The notes under the pieces were generated by a model that was not told the DNA's origin, made no database searches, and was given only the letters and a program-made list of their open reading frames with translations. A DNA stretch of 64,000 bases from Octopus sinensis (taxonomy: Eukaryota), in the NCBI RefSeq assembly GCF_006345805.1, contig NC_042998.1:114948001-115012000 (forward strand), read 5' to 3'. Shown piece by piece: positions 49,790 through 61,884 of this stretch. The position numbers were made by a program, and so were the translations under genes. Position 1 is the first letter of the stretch, and the number at the start of each line of letters is the position of its first letter.

Positions 49790-51599
49790 CCTGGTACGTA
49801 AGCTTCTTGTCAGAGTTGAGCGCGGTCGGAGTAGACCATTGATTTTAATTTTTTTCTGGCCAAATGAGGATGTCCTAACTGGTTCGACTACATTTCAATA
49901 TAATTTTCCCGAAATAAAAATACTTATTATCAAAATGATAGTCAATATCATGTTTCAATGAAAAATCAGACGGGGGTTGCCTATCACTTTTTTATTATTA
50001 TTATTCAATAAAGTATATATCGATATTAGTCCAGATACACACTTCGGTTGGAAAAAAAGATGAGTTGATTGGCATTTTGAAAGACCTACACCTGATGAAT
50101 AAATAATTAGAAAAGTGCAAATTGTTATGGAACACTGAAACACTCACTGCATTATTGTTAACTGCTCAAGAAACCCTTCGGTCCAAATTTCACCTAACAT
50201 ATTCAACTATTACATATGTTGTATTTCACGGCATTTTGTATTACTAACTGTTATGTGTATATGTATGGTCAATATTTGACTGTATTTTGCATCACTATGT
50301 ATCATGTTTATAGTCATGATAATGTTTGAATTTTGTTTTATACTATATGCTATTATATCGAGGTCTATTCATCAAACGACCAGTTCTAAGTTTGGTCTTA
50401 AGGGACATACCTCAATACTTAAATAACGCGTTTTATTTTTATTCCCGTTTAATGTTTTATACCGATACTTACTGACGTACAAGCACACGTACAAATAATG
50501 TATGCAAATATATATGTATAGATGTATACATAATATTTAGAAACAGAAGCTGCACGTAACTCAAATTACACCCTAATGTCATAAATATGGGTTTTGTATG
50601 CATGCATATAACTTTGCCGGAAACAAAACAAAGTTAAATGCCTTTAAGAGATCTCTCCCATCAGGCTTGACCTGAGACGAAGCTACAACACAGAATTAAA
50701 ACTTTGGATAAAGTAATCACATTTATCTTTAAAACAATGGATGGTCTAGGATAGCATATCTTTTATCCTAAGCCTACTTTACCTTTCAACGAAATTAAAC
50801 AATTACATATATTCTGAGTGTGCAAGATCAGTACTTCATATCGATCTAACATGATTAATTCCTTAATAATTCTTTCCTTGTAGTATCATGAACTAATCTG
50901 GCGATACTCCTCTTAGGAAATCTAATGAGACATTCAGAAACGAACATCCAAGCATCATAAAATTATGTGCGGTGATGAATAGATATTTGCAGAGCAAAAC
51001 AAATTTCAAACACTACTACGTATGTAAATATCATATCTAGAAGTACAAAATACTTTCAAATATTGACCACACATATGTATATAACAATTAGTAATACAAA
51101 TTGCCGTGAAATATAACATGTAAAATGTATAGCAGTTGAAAGTTTGACTCCAGGATTTCTTTTGGGTATGTAACATAATGATACATTGAGTGTACCAGTG
51201 TTCCATAACAAAGTTAATCCTGCAAGTTTCTGATACCTTTTTCATTAGGTGCGGATATTTTAAGACCCCAATCAGCTCATCTTTATCCATCCGAAGTATG
51301 TACCCGGATTATGATATTCAATATATCCTCTACAAAGAAACGTTCTAGCCGAATCCATCTGATTTTCATTGAAACATGTCATCTCGCACTACTCGATCTG
51401 ATATTTAATATTCTTTTGATAACATGTATTTTGATTTCGAGAAAGTTTGCTGATATGGACTGCAATCACTTTGAACCCTTATTTGGCCAGAACAATATTA
51501 AAACACAAGATCTGCTCTGATAAGCGCTGAACTGAGATAAAAAATTTCTTACCAGGAACTTTCTACATATAGATAAATATGGTGTACCATACTGGACTA

Positions 51600-51898
51600 T
51601 ATTATCTAATGTCACGTGATCACGTGACCGACCAGACTATCAGATGTTGCTACACATTGCTGGTCACAATGCACTTCGCATTGTTTTAGCCTTCATACGA
51701 CGCCACTCCGCTAACAGAAGAATGAGAGAAAGTTGCGGCGAAAGAGTACAGCAGGGATCGCCACTACCTCCCGCCGGAGCCTCGTGGAGCTTTAGGTGTT
51801 TTCGCTCAATAAACACTCACAACGCCCGCTCTGGGAATCGAAACTGTGATCCTACGACCGCAAGTCCGCTGCCCTAGCCACTGGGCCATTGCGCCTCC
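51600..51898 (-). mobile_element. tRNA-derived SINE, family D
   Basis: Minus strand GGAGGCGCAATGGCCCAGTGGCTAGGGCAGCGGACTTGCGGTCGTAGG..GTTTCGATTCCC head followed by a non-tRNA body. Confidence 0.8.
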
Positions 51899-51947
51899 AA
51901 TGTATCATACTTTTAATTTTTTTTTAATAGAGTAAGATGTGACGAGA

Positions 51948-52400
51948 TAAAATTTTGGATTTAGCTACTCTTTCTAACAAGTTGAACGATCATACTCCAA
52001 CTCCATTATATTCTTTGGCTTATTGCTGTTAGATGTCGCCTACTGTTGTTTCGGTACTGTTCTTGCTTGTTGATTACACTGCTCAGATAACTGATATTAA
52101 GTCTGTGCTATGGCAGTTCCCGTTACTATTAAGGGAATTGGTTCCACCAACACGACACAAATGTTTGCTGTTGATGTTGATCATCATTGTTGTTGTAACC
52201 GATGATGTTGCTGAAATTATTGTTGGTTTACATTTTCGGAGCGACACCATCTACCTGACAACAGTTATTACATTACACAGGCACCAGATCTATTGCAGAG
52301 ACACATAATATTGTTGTATGATTATTCCTTCAGTAGAGTGACGAAAATATAATGCCAATAATGATTACAGTTAGGAATTGACATATTATATAAATGAAAA
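51948..52400 (-). repeat. Arm B of the inverted duplication
   Basis: Reverse complement of 49360-49789 with scattered substitutions and one ~24-nt insertion. Confidence 0.9.
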
Positions 52401-53189
52401 TATACAATATACACAAACAAAAGCACATACATGCACATATATATATATATACTCTTGTATATTCAGATTTGTAGATTTAGCAAGATAGTACATTGAACTA
52501 CCATACACTGCAGAATTATATACATTCCTTGAAGTTTGTTGATAAATTCACTTACCTCAGCCGCATACTCCAAAGATCCGTGGTATACTCCAAAGATAGT
52601 TTGGTATAAATTCTTGCAGAAGAGTAGACTCCGCTGAGGCTACGTTTGTGATTAGAAATAAATGTGCAAAGCACAAATACGTAAACTCTTTCGGTGATAT
52701 GACACGCTTAATCCAACTGAACCGTTTATCCTTTCAGAGTCCGTAAAATTTATTCGTCAAGTACTGAATCGATCTAAGCAATTAAACGCTCGATACATGT
52801 ATAAGGCTTAATCACTATGATGTAAATCCTTGTTACATGGCATTCAGAAGGTGGGCTCTCACTCTTTTGGGCTTCGGGAGTAATGTCCTGTGGAAGTTCT
52901 TCTGATATTTTACGTTCCGAGTCCAAATGATGCCGCGACCAATTTTAGCTTGATCAATCTAGGTTCGATAAAATAACGAACTAGTCAATTACATGGGCCT
53001 AGTGGTTAGTCCCCAAACATCTCAGAATGCTAAGGCCCTGTGCCTAAATTAAATGCAGTTATTGCAAAATATTTAGCTGAATTAAGTGAGAGACAAAGAG
53101 AGGTATGGCATATCGATAGGCATTATAAACTTTCTCTCTTCTATACACACACACACACACACACACACACATACGTGCATGCGCGCACA

Positions 53190-53325
<136 letters not shown>

Positions 53326-53589
53326 TGCATGTATAACATGTATGCCTGTATTTCAGGACATAACTTTTTGCTACAGGCTGAGAATAACGATTTAGAAATA
53401 TATCGAATTTTAAAAGTTGCTACATCTTTCGTCTACAAAGTTTCTAAGGAGCGAGAGACTGAAGATGGAAACCTATCACCAGTATCAAAGCATAAAAAAG
53501 CATTCTAAACGCTCTGAAATCATCAGAACACCTTAATTTATCCAGCAAGTTCAACAACTCTTTTATTACCTTTTTAATTATCTTTTATT

Positions 53590-54050
53590 ACAATCCCAGA
53601 AAATCCATGAGGTCAATTGCAAAAATATCTCCGTGTGTCAAAAGGAACAGTCAGAAATGTTGTCCACGAAGACATCAGATATAAGTGTTATATGATGAGG
53701 AACAGTCAATTTGTCCGAAAAAACAAAAGAAAAAGATTTGATTTGGTTTTTCTCAAACGAGAAAACTTCGGCCAAGATCAAAAATTTAACAGAAGAAATG
53801 ACAGATGGTTATGTGCAGACCCTTCTGAAGTTCCAAATGTTATGCATACAAACTTTCCAAATGTTATGCATACAACTGTCGTGGTTTATGGGGTTGTCAG
53901 CAATGAAGGACATTTGATGCATCCTTCTTTCCACAAGGCTTTAGAGTTAACTCTACCGCCTACACTGAGGTCCTGGAAATAATTGTTAAACCCTGGATAG
54001 ACAGTGTTTGCAATGGAAGACTCTGCACTATTTCAAATGACTCTAGTAAC
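53590..54050 (+). mobile_element. Tc1/mariner transposase relic, maT/Bmmar1 (DD37D)-like
   Basis: LRVSKGTVRNVVHEDIRYKCY, WFFSNEKNFGQDQKFNRRNDRWL (across a frameshift), TVVVYGVVSNEGHLM, KPWIDSVCNGR. Confidence 0.75.
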
Positions 54051-54059
54051 ATAGGAATG

Positions 54060-54118
<59 letters not shown>

Positions 54119-54120
54119 AT

Positions 54121-54168
<48 letters not shown>

Positions 54169-54302
54169 GTATATATATATATGTATATATATATAATATA
54201 CTATATACATGTATATATATATATGTGTGAATATATGTGTTATCTGTGTGTGTGTGCGTGTGTATCTGTGTGTGTGTGCATGTGTGTCTGTGCGTGTGCA
54301 TA

Positions 54303-54701
54303 TGTGTGTGTGCTTGTAAAACTATTAGCACAGGGTGCCCAAATGTCATTATACACTTTTTTCCTATTTCGTTTCAGGTATCATCCGGAGAGACGTGAGG
54401 CTATCAGCTTTTGACACCTTAGGCTTTGTAGTATTTGTAAGTGTATCATTCCCTTACCCGTGGCACACCATTCCACCAGCTTTGGAGAGCTTAAAACCAG
54501 TACAAATTCTCGAAAATAAGCGCTCAAAAGCTGGTGGAATGGTGTGCCACGGGTAAGGAAATGATACACTTACAAATACTACAAAGCCTAAGGTGTCAAA
54601 AGCTGATAGCCTCACGTCTCTCCGGATGATACCTGAAACGAAATAGGAATAAAGAAGTGTATAGTGACATTTGGGCACCCTGTTTTACAAGCACACACAC
54701 A
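54303..54701. repeat. Near-perfect fold-back palindrome (~190-bp arms, ~23-nt loop) comprising a transposon end and its flank
   Basis: 54331-54493 is the reverse complement of 54517-54682. Flank GTGTGTGCTTGTAAAA is mirrored as TTTTACAAGCACACAC. Confidence 0.95.
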
Positions 54702-54726
54702 CAAACACACACACTGTACTGGTTTT

Positions 54727-55294
54727 GATTTTCGACAATTGTGTCAGTTTAACCGACCAGAAAGATGAAATATAGACTCATCACTGAGCCATAAGCTTCC
54801 CAAGAACTGAGAGTAGTTTTGGTGGTGTTGGAGAAGTGATTCACACATTTCCCCACCAGCATCATAATCTTCCGCTCGAAGCCTTTGAACAACTTGAAGT
54901 CGGTACGGGAAGAGCTTTATCACTCTCCGAAGCATCCACTGAATCGAACTTTTGTTGAAGTTCCAGTGCAGTCCTCCGCATGGACTTCCTCTGGCTTTTC
55001 GCGAACGCCTGCTTCAGGAGCTCGGTGTTTCATCTGTGATGGTAGTAGCAGGCCTTCCGCTCCGTGGTTTGTCAAGAACAGATCCTCTTTCGAGAAACCT
55101 TCTATGGATCGCATAAATAATGCTACATGTTGGAGCAGTGTGATGTCCATAAACATTCTCAAACTTGCAATGAAATGCAATAGGGGGCTGAAAAACCTCT
55201 TGCCAGACGGCAGTTTTCCGACGCTGCTCTAACGTCTAATGATACCTGAAACGAAATAGAAAAAAAAGTGTATGGTGACTTTTGGGACACTCTG
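54727..55294 (-). mobile_element. Tc1/mariner 5' half, rosa/DD41D-like, with terminal repeat followed by TA
   Basis: LFPYRLQVVQRL...LWLSDESIFHLSGRLN*HNCR. The end 55238-55294 matches the ~55-bp terminus of the fold-back arms. Confidence 0.75.
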
Positions 55295-55686
55295 TATATG
55301 GTAACAGCAGTCATCCTATTATAAATGGTAAGACATAAATGAAAGGGGTATTGAAAGTAAAATAGAGATAAACTTATGTAATGTGAGCATTAGAACTGAA
55401 ATAAGGAAAGAGTGTACCGTGTTAGCTACGCTGAAGTATGAGGATTCACACACACGCACACACAAACATCTATGTATTATGTATGGATGTATGTATGTAT
55501 GTATGTATGTATGTATGTATGTATGTATGTATGTATGTATGTTATATATACATATATATATATATAAGTACTTGGTATACATTATGTACCTTATTCACGC
55601 ACATATATATAATAGTATTTATATATATGTACATATATAATACATATACATATATATATACATACAATACAATAACATATATATAG

Positions 55687-55737
<51 letters not shown>

Positions 55738-55794
55738 TACATATACACATACATACTCATGTACAAATATACATATAACTGCAGTTTTGGGTAT

Positions 55795-55846
<52 letters not shown>

Positions 55847-55874
55847 TATATATATATATATAATATATATATAT

Positions 55875-55911
<37 letters not shown>

Positions 55912-55915
<4 letters not shown>

Positions 55916-56119
55916 ATCCAAACAGAAAGCACAAAAAAAACACAACAACGCGAGGACGTGGAACAAATATAGTATTATTAGATGCTCAGGAAAGAAGGAA
56001 AGAAGGAGGGTTTGCCATTTCGAGCGGAGCTCTTCGTCGGAAACATAGGAGAAGGAAAGATCCAGAGAAGGGAAGACAGAGGGAAAAAAATCACCAACGG
56101 TACACACGAGGTCACATTT

Positions 56120-56120
<1 letters not shown>
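55912..56120 (-). repeat. Penelope-terminus-like repeat (inverted partner at 61608-61810) with a degenerate hammerhead-like motif
   Basis: GTTAATCCAAAC...CACGAGGTCACATTTTGA matches 61608-61810 in reverse. GAGCTCCGCTCGAAA stem. Confidence 0.75.
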
Positions 56121-56163
<43 letters not shown>

Positions 56164-56164
56164 T

Positions 56165-56385
56165 ATGGCTGCCCCCTCGTTATCGAGTATGGCCATTGCA
56201 TGAAGCTTAACTGTTACTGCTGCTGTGATCGAATGTGACTTTTTAGCCCAGCTAAAGATCTACAATGTCTTGTACAAAATTGGCAACTAAAACCTTTACT
56301 GGAAATAGCCGGCTGTAGTTGTAACTGGTCTTCAAGTACCTTTGCATGTCGTTTAAGTGATGCCGAATTACAATCTCTTCCACAT
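56165..56385 (-). mobile_element. RTE-type LINE 3' end (terminal C2H2 finger)
   Basis: FSCQFCTRHCRSLAGLKSHIRS followed by a short 3' UTR and (TA)n. Confidence 0.7.
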
Positions 56386-56835
56386 ATATACCTACAAACA
56401 TACAAACACACCTTCTACTTCACCTTCTCTAAGTGATTCACACTACACTCTGTCTCGCATACATGTACTCATGTAACTGATTTCATTTATTCCTTGACTG
56501 TAATGCCATCATATGCAAGTGATTAAATTCCTTTTTATCCTTTAAATATATGTATCTATATAGGTATGTGTATGGGGAGATTAAAGCAGGACTGTTTTTA
56601 GGTGTTCTCTATTTGTAATATGCTTCTAATTGATTTCTCCAATAATTCTTTATTTTCATTATATAAACTATTTTCTATTAAAAATTCATACATGCTGTTT
56701 GTTATTTTTTTAAAGACATTTCTGTTTGTATTTCAATCATCATCGTCATTTCCTCATCATTTGTCATCCCCTTTTTCCTTCTCTCTCTTTTACTTCATTC
56801 CTTCTCCTTTTTCATATTGTTAGTAAATCTGTTGC

Positions 56836-56925
56836 CTTCTTCTTCTTCTTCTTCTTCTTCTTCTTCTTCTTCTTCTTCTTCTTCTTCTTCTTCTTCTTCT
56901 TCTTCTTCTTCTTCTTCTTCTTCTT

Positions 56926-56956
<31 letters not shown>

Positions 56957-57004
56957 TTTCTTCTTCTTCTTCTTCTTCTATTATTATTATTGTTATTGTT
57001 GTTG

Positions 57005-57049
<45 letters not shown>

Positions 57050-57235
57050 TATTATTATTATTATTGATATCATCATCATCACCATCTTCTTCTCATTATT
57101 ATTATGATTAGTATTATTGGTATCATCATCATCATCATCATCATCTTCTTCTTCTTCTTCGTCTTCTTCTTCTTCTTTTTCTTCGTCTTCTTCTTCTTCT
57201 TCTTCTTCTTCTTCTTCTTCTTCTTCTTCTTCTTC
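56836..57235. repeat. (TTC)n, (TTA)n and (CAT)n microsatellites
   Basis: Directly visible. Confidence 0.98.
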
Positions 57236-57658
57236 AGTGTTAGTGCTAATGTTTGCCTAATTTGTAGCACATATTTACATGAACCGCTGGAAAACTATTT
57301 CCCTACCATTGGCCAGCCATCGACACCATTCCTTAATGAAGTGAGTTTATTTGGAAAACAGTTTGTACGGAGGTGGCGTCGCAGCTGATTGGTCTATTCT
57401 GGCACCACAGTCTTAGACAAAGAAAGGCAAAGGAGCTAAGCCGACACAAAGACGCCCAGCTTTTGTAAACTCTAAACCATCAGGTTGATTTTTCTCTAGT
57501 TATCGTTTCCATGTTTGATCAAGAGATAAAACGTCAACATGAAAACAAAGCTTACAAAATATAAAAAAATAGAAACGATGCTTTTCTACAAATAAACAAG
57601 CATTAGAGGATGAATGCACAAATCGCAACCCTACACACAGACACACACACCACACACA

Positions 57659-57689
<31 letters not shown>

Positions 57690-58479
57690 TCTAACACATA
57701 CAAACACAGTAAAAAGCGTAAATGCATGCACTGACGAACATGCGTAAATTTCGAGCATGCAAATGTATATATGCAAACATGTCTGTACGTATGTATAAGT
57801 GTACGTGTACACGTACATACATATACTTTTATATTACATATACGCATACACATAAACATATAAACATGTATGATAGGGAATAAAAATAGTTTTGCTCACG
57901 TATATACATATATAATTGTATACACACACTCGCACAAAGGTACACACTCATACACACACACATATCAATATATATAAGTATGTATGTGTTTATATATATG
58001 TGTATGTATGTACGTGTGTGTGGTGTATGTAATATATACATATATATATAAGTATATATACGCACAGGGATAAGGAGGTGTGCAAACACATTAGATGAAT
58101 CACAGATAATGTTTTAGGTCCATAAGTGCAGAGTAATATCGAAGAATTTATCAGAAATCTGACAACTTAGAAAGTTCATGGTTTTGGCAAAACACGATTA
58201 AATGTTGCATCTTATTCTCCATACACGAACAAACATTTCCAACATTTACACAGCACATATACTATCACTGTCGCCAACGTTATCACCATCATACCTGGTA
58301 TTTTACCTTGTGGTATCTCCTCATTTCTGTGGCCTTATGCTATCTCTCCTCCCAGAATGCAAACAATAGAAATTAAAATATATCAATTATATAACATACA
58401 GAAATATATCGGGTAATCCTGCATATAATGACCTAATTTGGGGTAAAGAAAAACTATGTTCTATTCCTTGTAATACTTT

Positions 58480-58745
58480 CAGAATTTGGCTTTACGATGA
58501 ACACCACTAAAACCAACCCTATGGCTGCGATATCTTGATGACACTCTGGCCCCACAAGAAGATGTCCAAGTGCTGTTAGATTATGTGAACTCAATAAAGC
58601 CATCCATTCAGTTACAATGGAAAAGGGAAAAAGACAATCAGCTAACATTCCTGGACTCTTAATAACACTGACACGTATGGATTCAGGACATCCGTATACC
58701 GCAACCCGACCTTCACTGGACGATATCTGACCTATTAGGGCCATT
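58480..58745 (+). mobile_element. Penelope-like reverse transcriptase fragment
   Basis: PTLWLRYLDDT, VLLDYVNSIKPSIQ, KDNQLTFLD, FRTSVYRNPTFTGRYL across frameshifts. Confidence 0.85.
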
Positions 58746-58765
58746 CCTTATATTGTTGTTGTTAT

Positions 58766-58826
<61 letters not shown>

Positions 58827-59129
58827 AAATTATAAGGGCACACAAGGTGCCTACTTGCTAGAAATAGGAACTAATGCCCTCAATTAAACCACCAATAACA
58901 CTGAAAAACTCAACAGAAGAACAACCGTAAGAGGGCGAACGGGTCAAATAACTTTAACATACCAAATACATGTCAATGCTAAATATCTTGGCATTTGGAT
59001 ACACTTGCACTAAACTTTCTAGTTCTGGCGAAAAGCCTTAACTTTCATCAACAAGTTTTGTCAATTGAAACATTTTTTCAAACTTGCCCCGTTGAAGTCT
59101 GTCGGCATGCTGAATATATATATATTTAA

Positions 59130-60255
59130 AGGGTGTTTTTGCACCTATGGCTCAACTCCCAAGGGTAATCTTGTGACAGATGAAAAAGAGATCACGAAGC
59201 GTTGGGTAGAGCATTTTTCAAATGTCCTAAATATGTACTCAATTGTTGATGAAGAACATATCAACGACCTACCACAGAGACCTGTCCTTGAAGGACTGTC
59301 AGTTATTTTATCAAGTGTTAGCTGAGATTAAAAAAAAAAGCCATAAAACAGCTCACGAATGGAAAGTCGTCTGGGCAAGTTGGCATATATAAATGTGGTA
59401 GCAAATCTCTTGCTGCACAAATTTTGTCAGCACTTCTTAATCTTAAACGCTTCTATTGCCCATCTTTATAAGGACCTAGGCAACATATGTGATTGTGACA
59501 ACCATAGAAGCATCTCCCCTTTGTTTGGCGCCGGAAGATCCTTGGAATGGCTACCTTAAACATACTAAATGCTGCCTTTGTCAGCTTAGTGTTCCTGAAT
59601 CTCAGCGTAGCTTTCGGGCTGGTAGGGACACGAGGGATATGATGTTTAGCCTAATGCAGCTGCAGGAAAATGTTCTTAAGTATAACGGAGATCTTTTTGT
59701 ATCTATAGTAGATCTAACTAAAGCTTCCGACACTGTATCTTGAGATGCTTTTGGGGTTGTCCATAGGAAGCTAGGCGTTCCCGGAAAGTTGCTCAATCTC
59801 AATTTCCTTCAGTTAGGGGATGGTGACTTCTGTTAGTGGGTAAGTCTCCGGTTCATATCACAGTCTCAAATGGGACAAAGCAAGGCTGTAATTTGCACCG
59901 CTCTAATTTGCTCTGGAAACAGCATTCGAGGATGTTAGAGAAGAAATCAAGTTTTGAGAACAGGACCGGTGGTGGCTTGTTCAACAAACAACGCTTCAAA
60001 GCAAAAACTAAGAATTTCGTGCGACCTCTTCGAGATTTGCCCCTCGCAGACGATTTGGCACTGGTAGTACACACTCTTGAGGACAGACAATAGATTCTAA
60101 ACAACTTCTCGTGTGTATCAAAGGCTTTTGGTTGGACCATCAGCATCAAGAAGACTGACCTTGTACATCAGCCCATTAGTGAACATCCTCCCGCTGTTGT
60201 CCCTAATGTGTATGTTGATGGGAAAGCACTAAACACTGTTTCCTCCTTCACTCTC
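59130..60255 (+). mobile_element. RTE/BovB-like LINE RT fragment, disrupted
   Basis: EITKRWVEHFSNVLN, CDNHRSISPL, VPESQRSFRAGRDTRDMMFSLMQLQE, VDLTKASDTVS, NGTKQGC, LADDLALV. Confidence 0.88.
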
Positions 60256-60272
60256 TATCTATCTATCTACCA

Positions 60273-60381
<109 letters not shown>

Positions 60382-60859
60382 AAAGAAGTGTAGTGACGTG
60401 GAATTTCGTTATGCATCCATAATATACTATAAAGTATGTTAAATACTCTTATCAGTCAACAACACGCCCTACTGCACAACGTATTTCCACGTGCCTACAA
60501 GTTTTTAATATTTACACACATCGCCAGGAATGCGTTTAATATGTAAATTGGTATATCCAATAATTTCACACCATTTCATGCGGTGGCTATATAAGTAATC
60601 TGTTCGGCGGCAAGAGTAGGTTAGATGAGTACTGATAAAGGGGCAAAATCCCTCGCGAAACGTCTCAATACAAAATATTGTAGCAAAAATCGGTGCTAGT
60701 TATAATTCCTGTAGAAATAACCGTAACAAAATAATATGTTTGTGTGTGTATATGTATATATATAAAATATATTAAACATAGACCAATTAATATAGATATC
60801 TATATACTTATACTTAAAAATTCATCGTCTGAATGTCCCCACCTTCTGTTTTCTGTCAT

Positions 60860-61560
60860 TTTGTATGTATAGATATATTCATACTTTGCATTTCATACAC
60901 GCACACACACATATACACACGTACATACACACATATACATATACATACACACAATATATGCCTACACGCGCACACACACATACACATACGTATACACATA
61001 TAGACACAGACACACACACACGCGCATACAAAAATATGCGCACACATATGCACGCACACACGCACATGAATGCACACATCTAACACTCACAACCCCACGG
61101 ATACACGTATATACACCCACATACGCTTACACACACACATACACGCATACAATTATATATACACGCATACAATTATACATACATATGTACACACATACGC
61201 ACGTACAAGCACACACGCACACATATACAAAGTAAAGCACGATTATTCCCCACACACACAATCTCTACGCATACACACATGAACACACACATACATACAC
61301 ACACACACATACTTCAAACTAGCAGTACCTTTCACTGACCATTCTTGTACATGGGTAGACACAAGAGCCACACCTAATTCCTTCTTCCTTGACCTTAAAC
61401 AATACTAAGCCCTACCGCACACGTAGCTTAACAGCCACAACCACACACACACACACACGCACACACACACCGTGTTATCATTGCACACATACTCACATAC
61501 GCACACGCAGACCTGCGCGCACGCACATATCCATACTTACACACATACCTCCTCTTGCAC
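60860..61560. repeat. Degenerate (CA)/(TACA)-rich simple repeat
   Basis: Directly visible. Confidence 0.9.
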
Positions 61561-61607
61561 TCTCCTGTCTTTGAAAGAACTTTCTTCACCCATTCCCTTC
61601 TGGTCAA

Positions 61608-61810
61608 TCAAAATGTGACCTCGTGTGTACTGTTGGCGATTTTTTTTTCCTCCGTCTTCCCTTCTCTGGATCTTTCCTTTTCCTATGTTTCTGACAAAGA
61701 GCTCCGCTCGAAACGTTAAAACCTCCTTCTTCCCTTCCTTCCTGAGCGTCCAATAATACTATATTTGTTCCAAGTCCTCGCGTTGTTGTGTTTTCATGTT
61801 TGGATTAACT
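61608..61810 (+). repeat. Penelope-terminus-like repeat with hammerhead-like motif at 61687-61722
   Basis: GTTT-CTGACAA-A-GAGC-TCC-GCTC-GAAAC-GTT-AAAAC. Confidence 0.75.
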
Positions 61811-61838
61811 ATATATATATATATATGTGTGTGTGTGT

Positions 61839-61884
<46 letters not shown>

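Noticed and set aside
52033-52308. 91-aa ORF with a signal-peptide-like start
   Set aside because: The homologous arm (49360-49789) lacks the ATG and has a stop and frameshifts in this frame, so there is no coding conservation.
54331-54682. Simple MITE with 150-bp TIRs
   Set aside because: There is no TA duplication at either end and the symmetry extends into flanking DNA, so it is treated as a fold-back rearrangement instead.
56726-57388. Poly-Phe/Ser/Lys ORFs
   Set aside because: They are (TTC)n and (TTA)n microsatellite translations.
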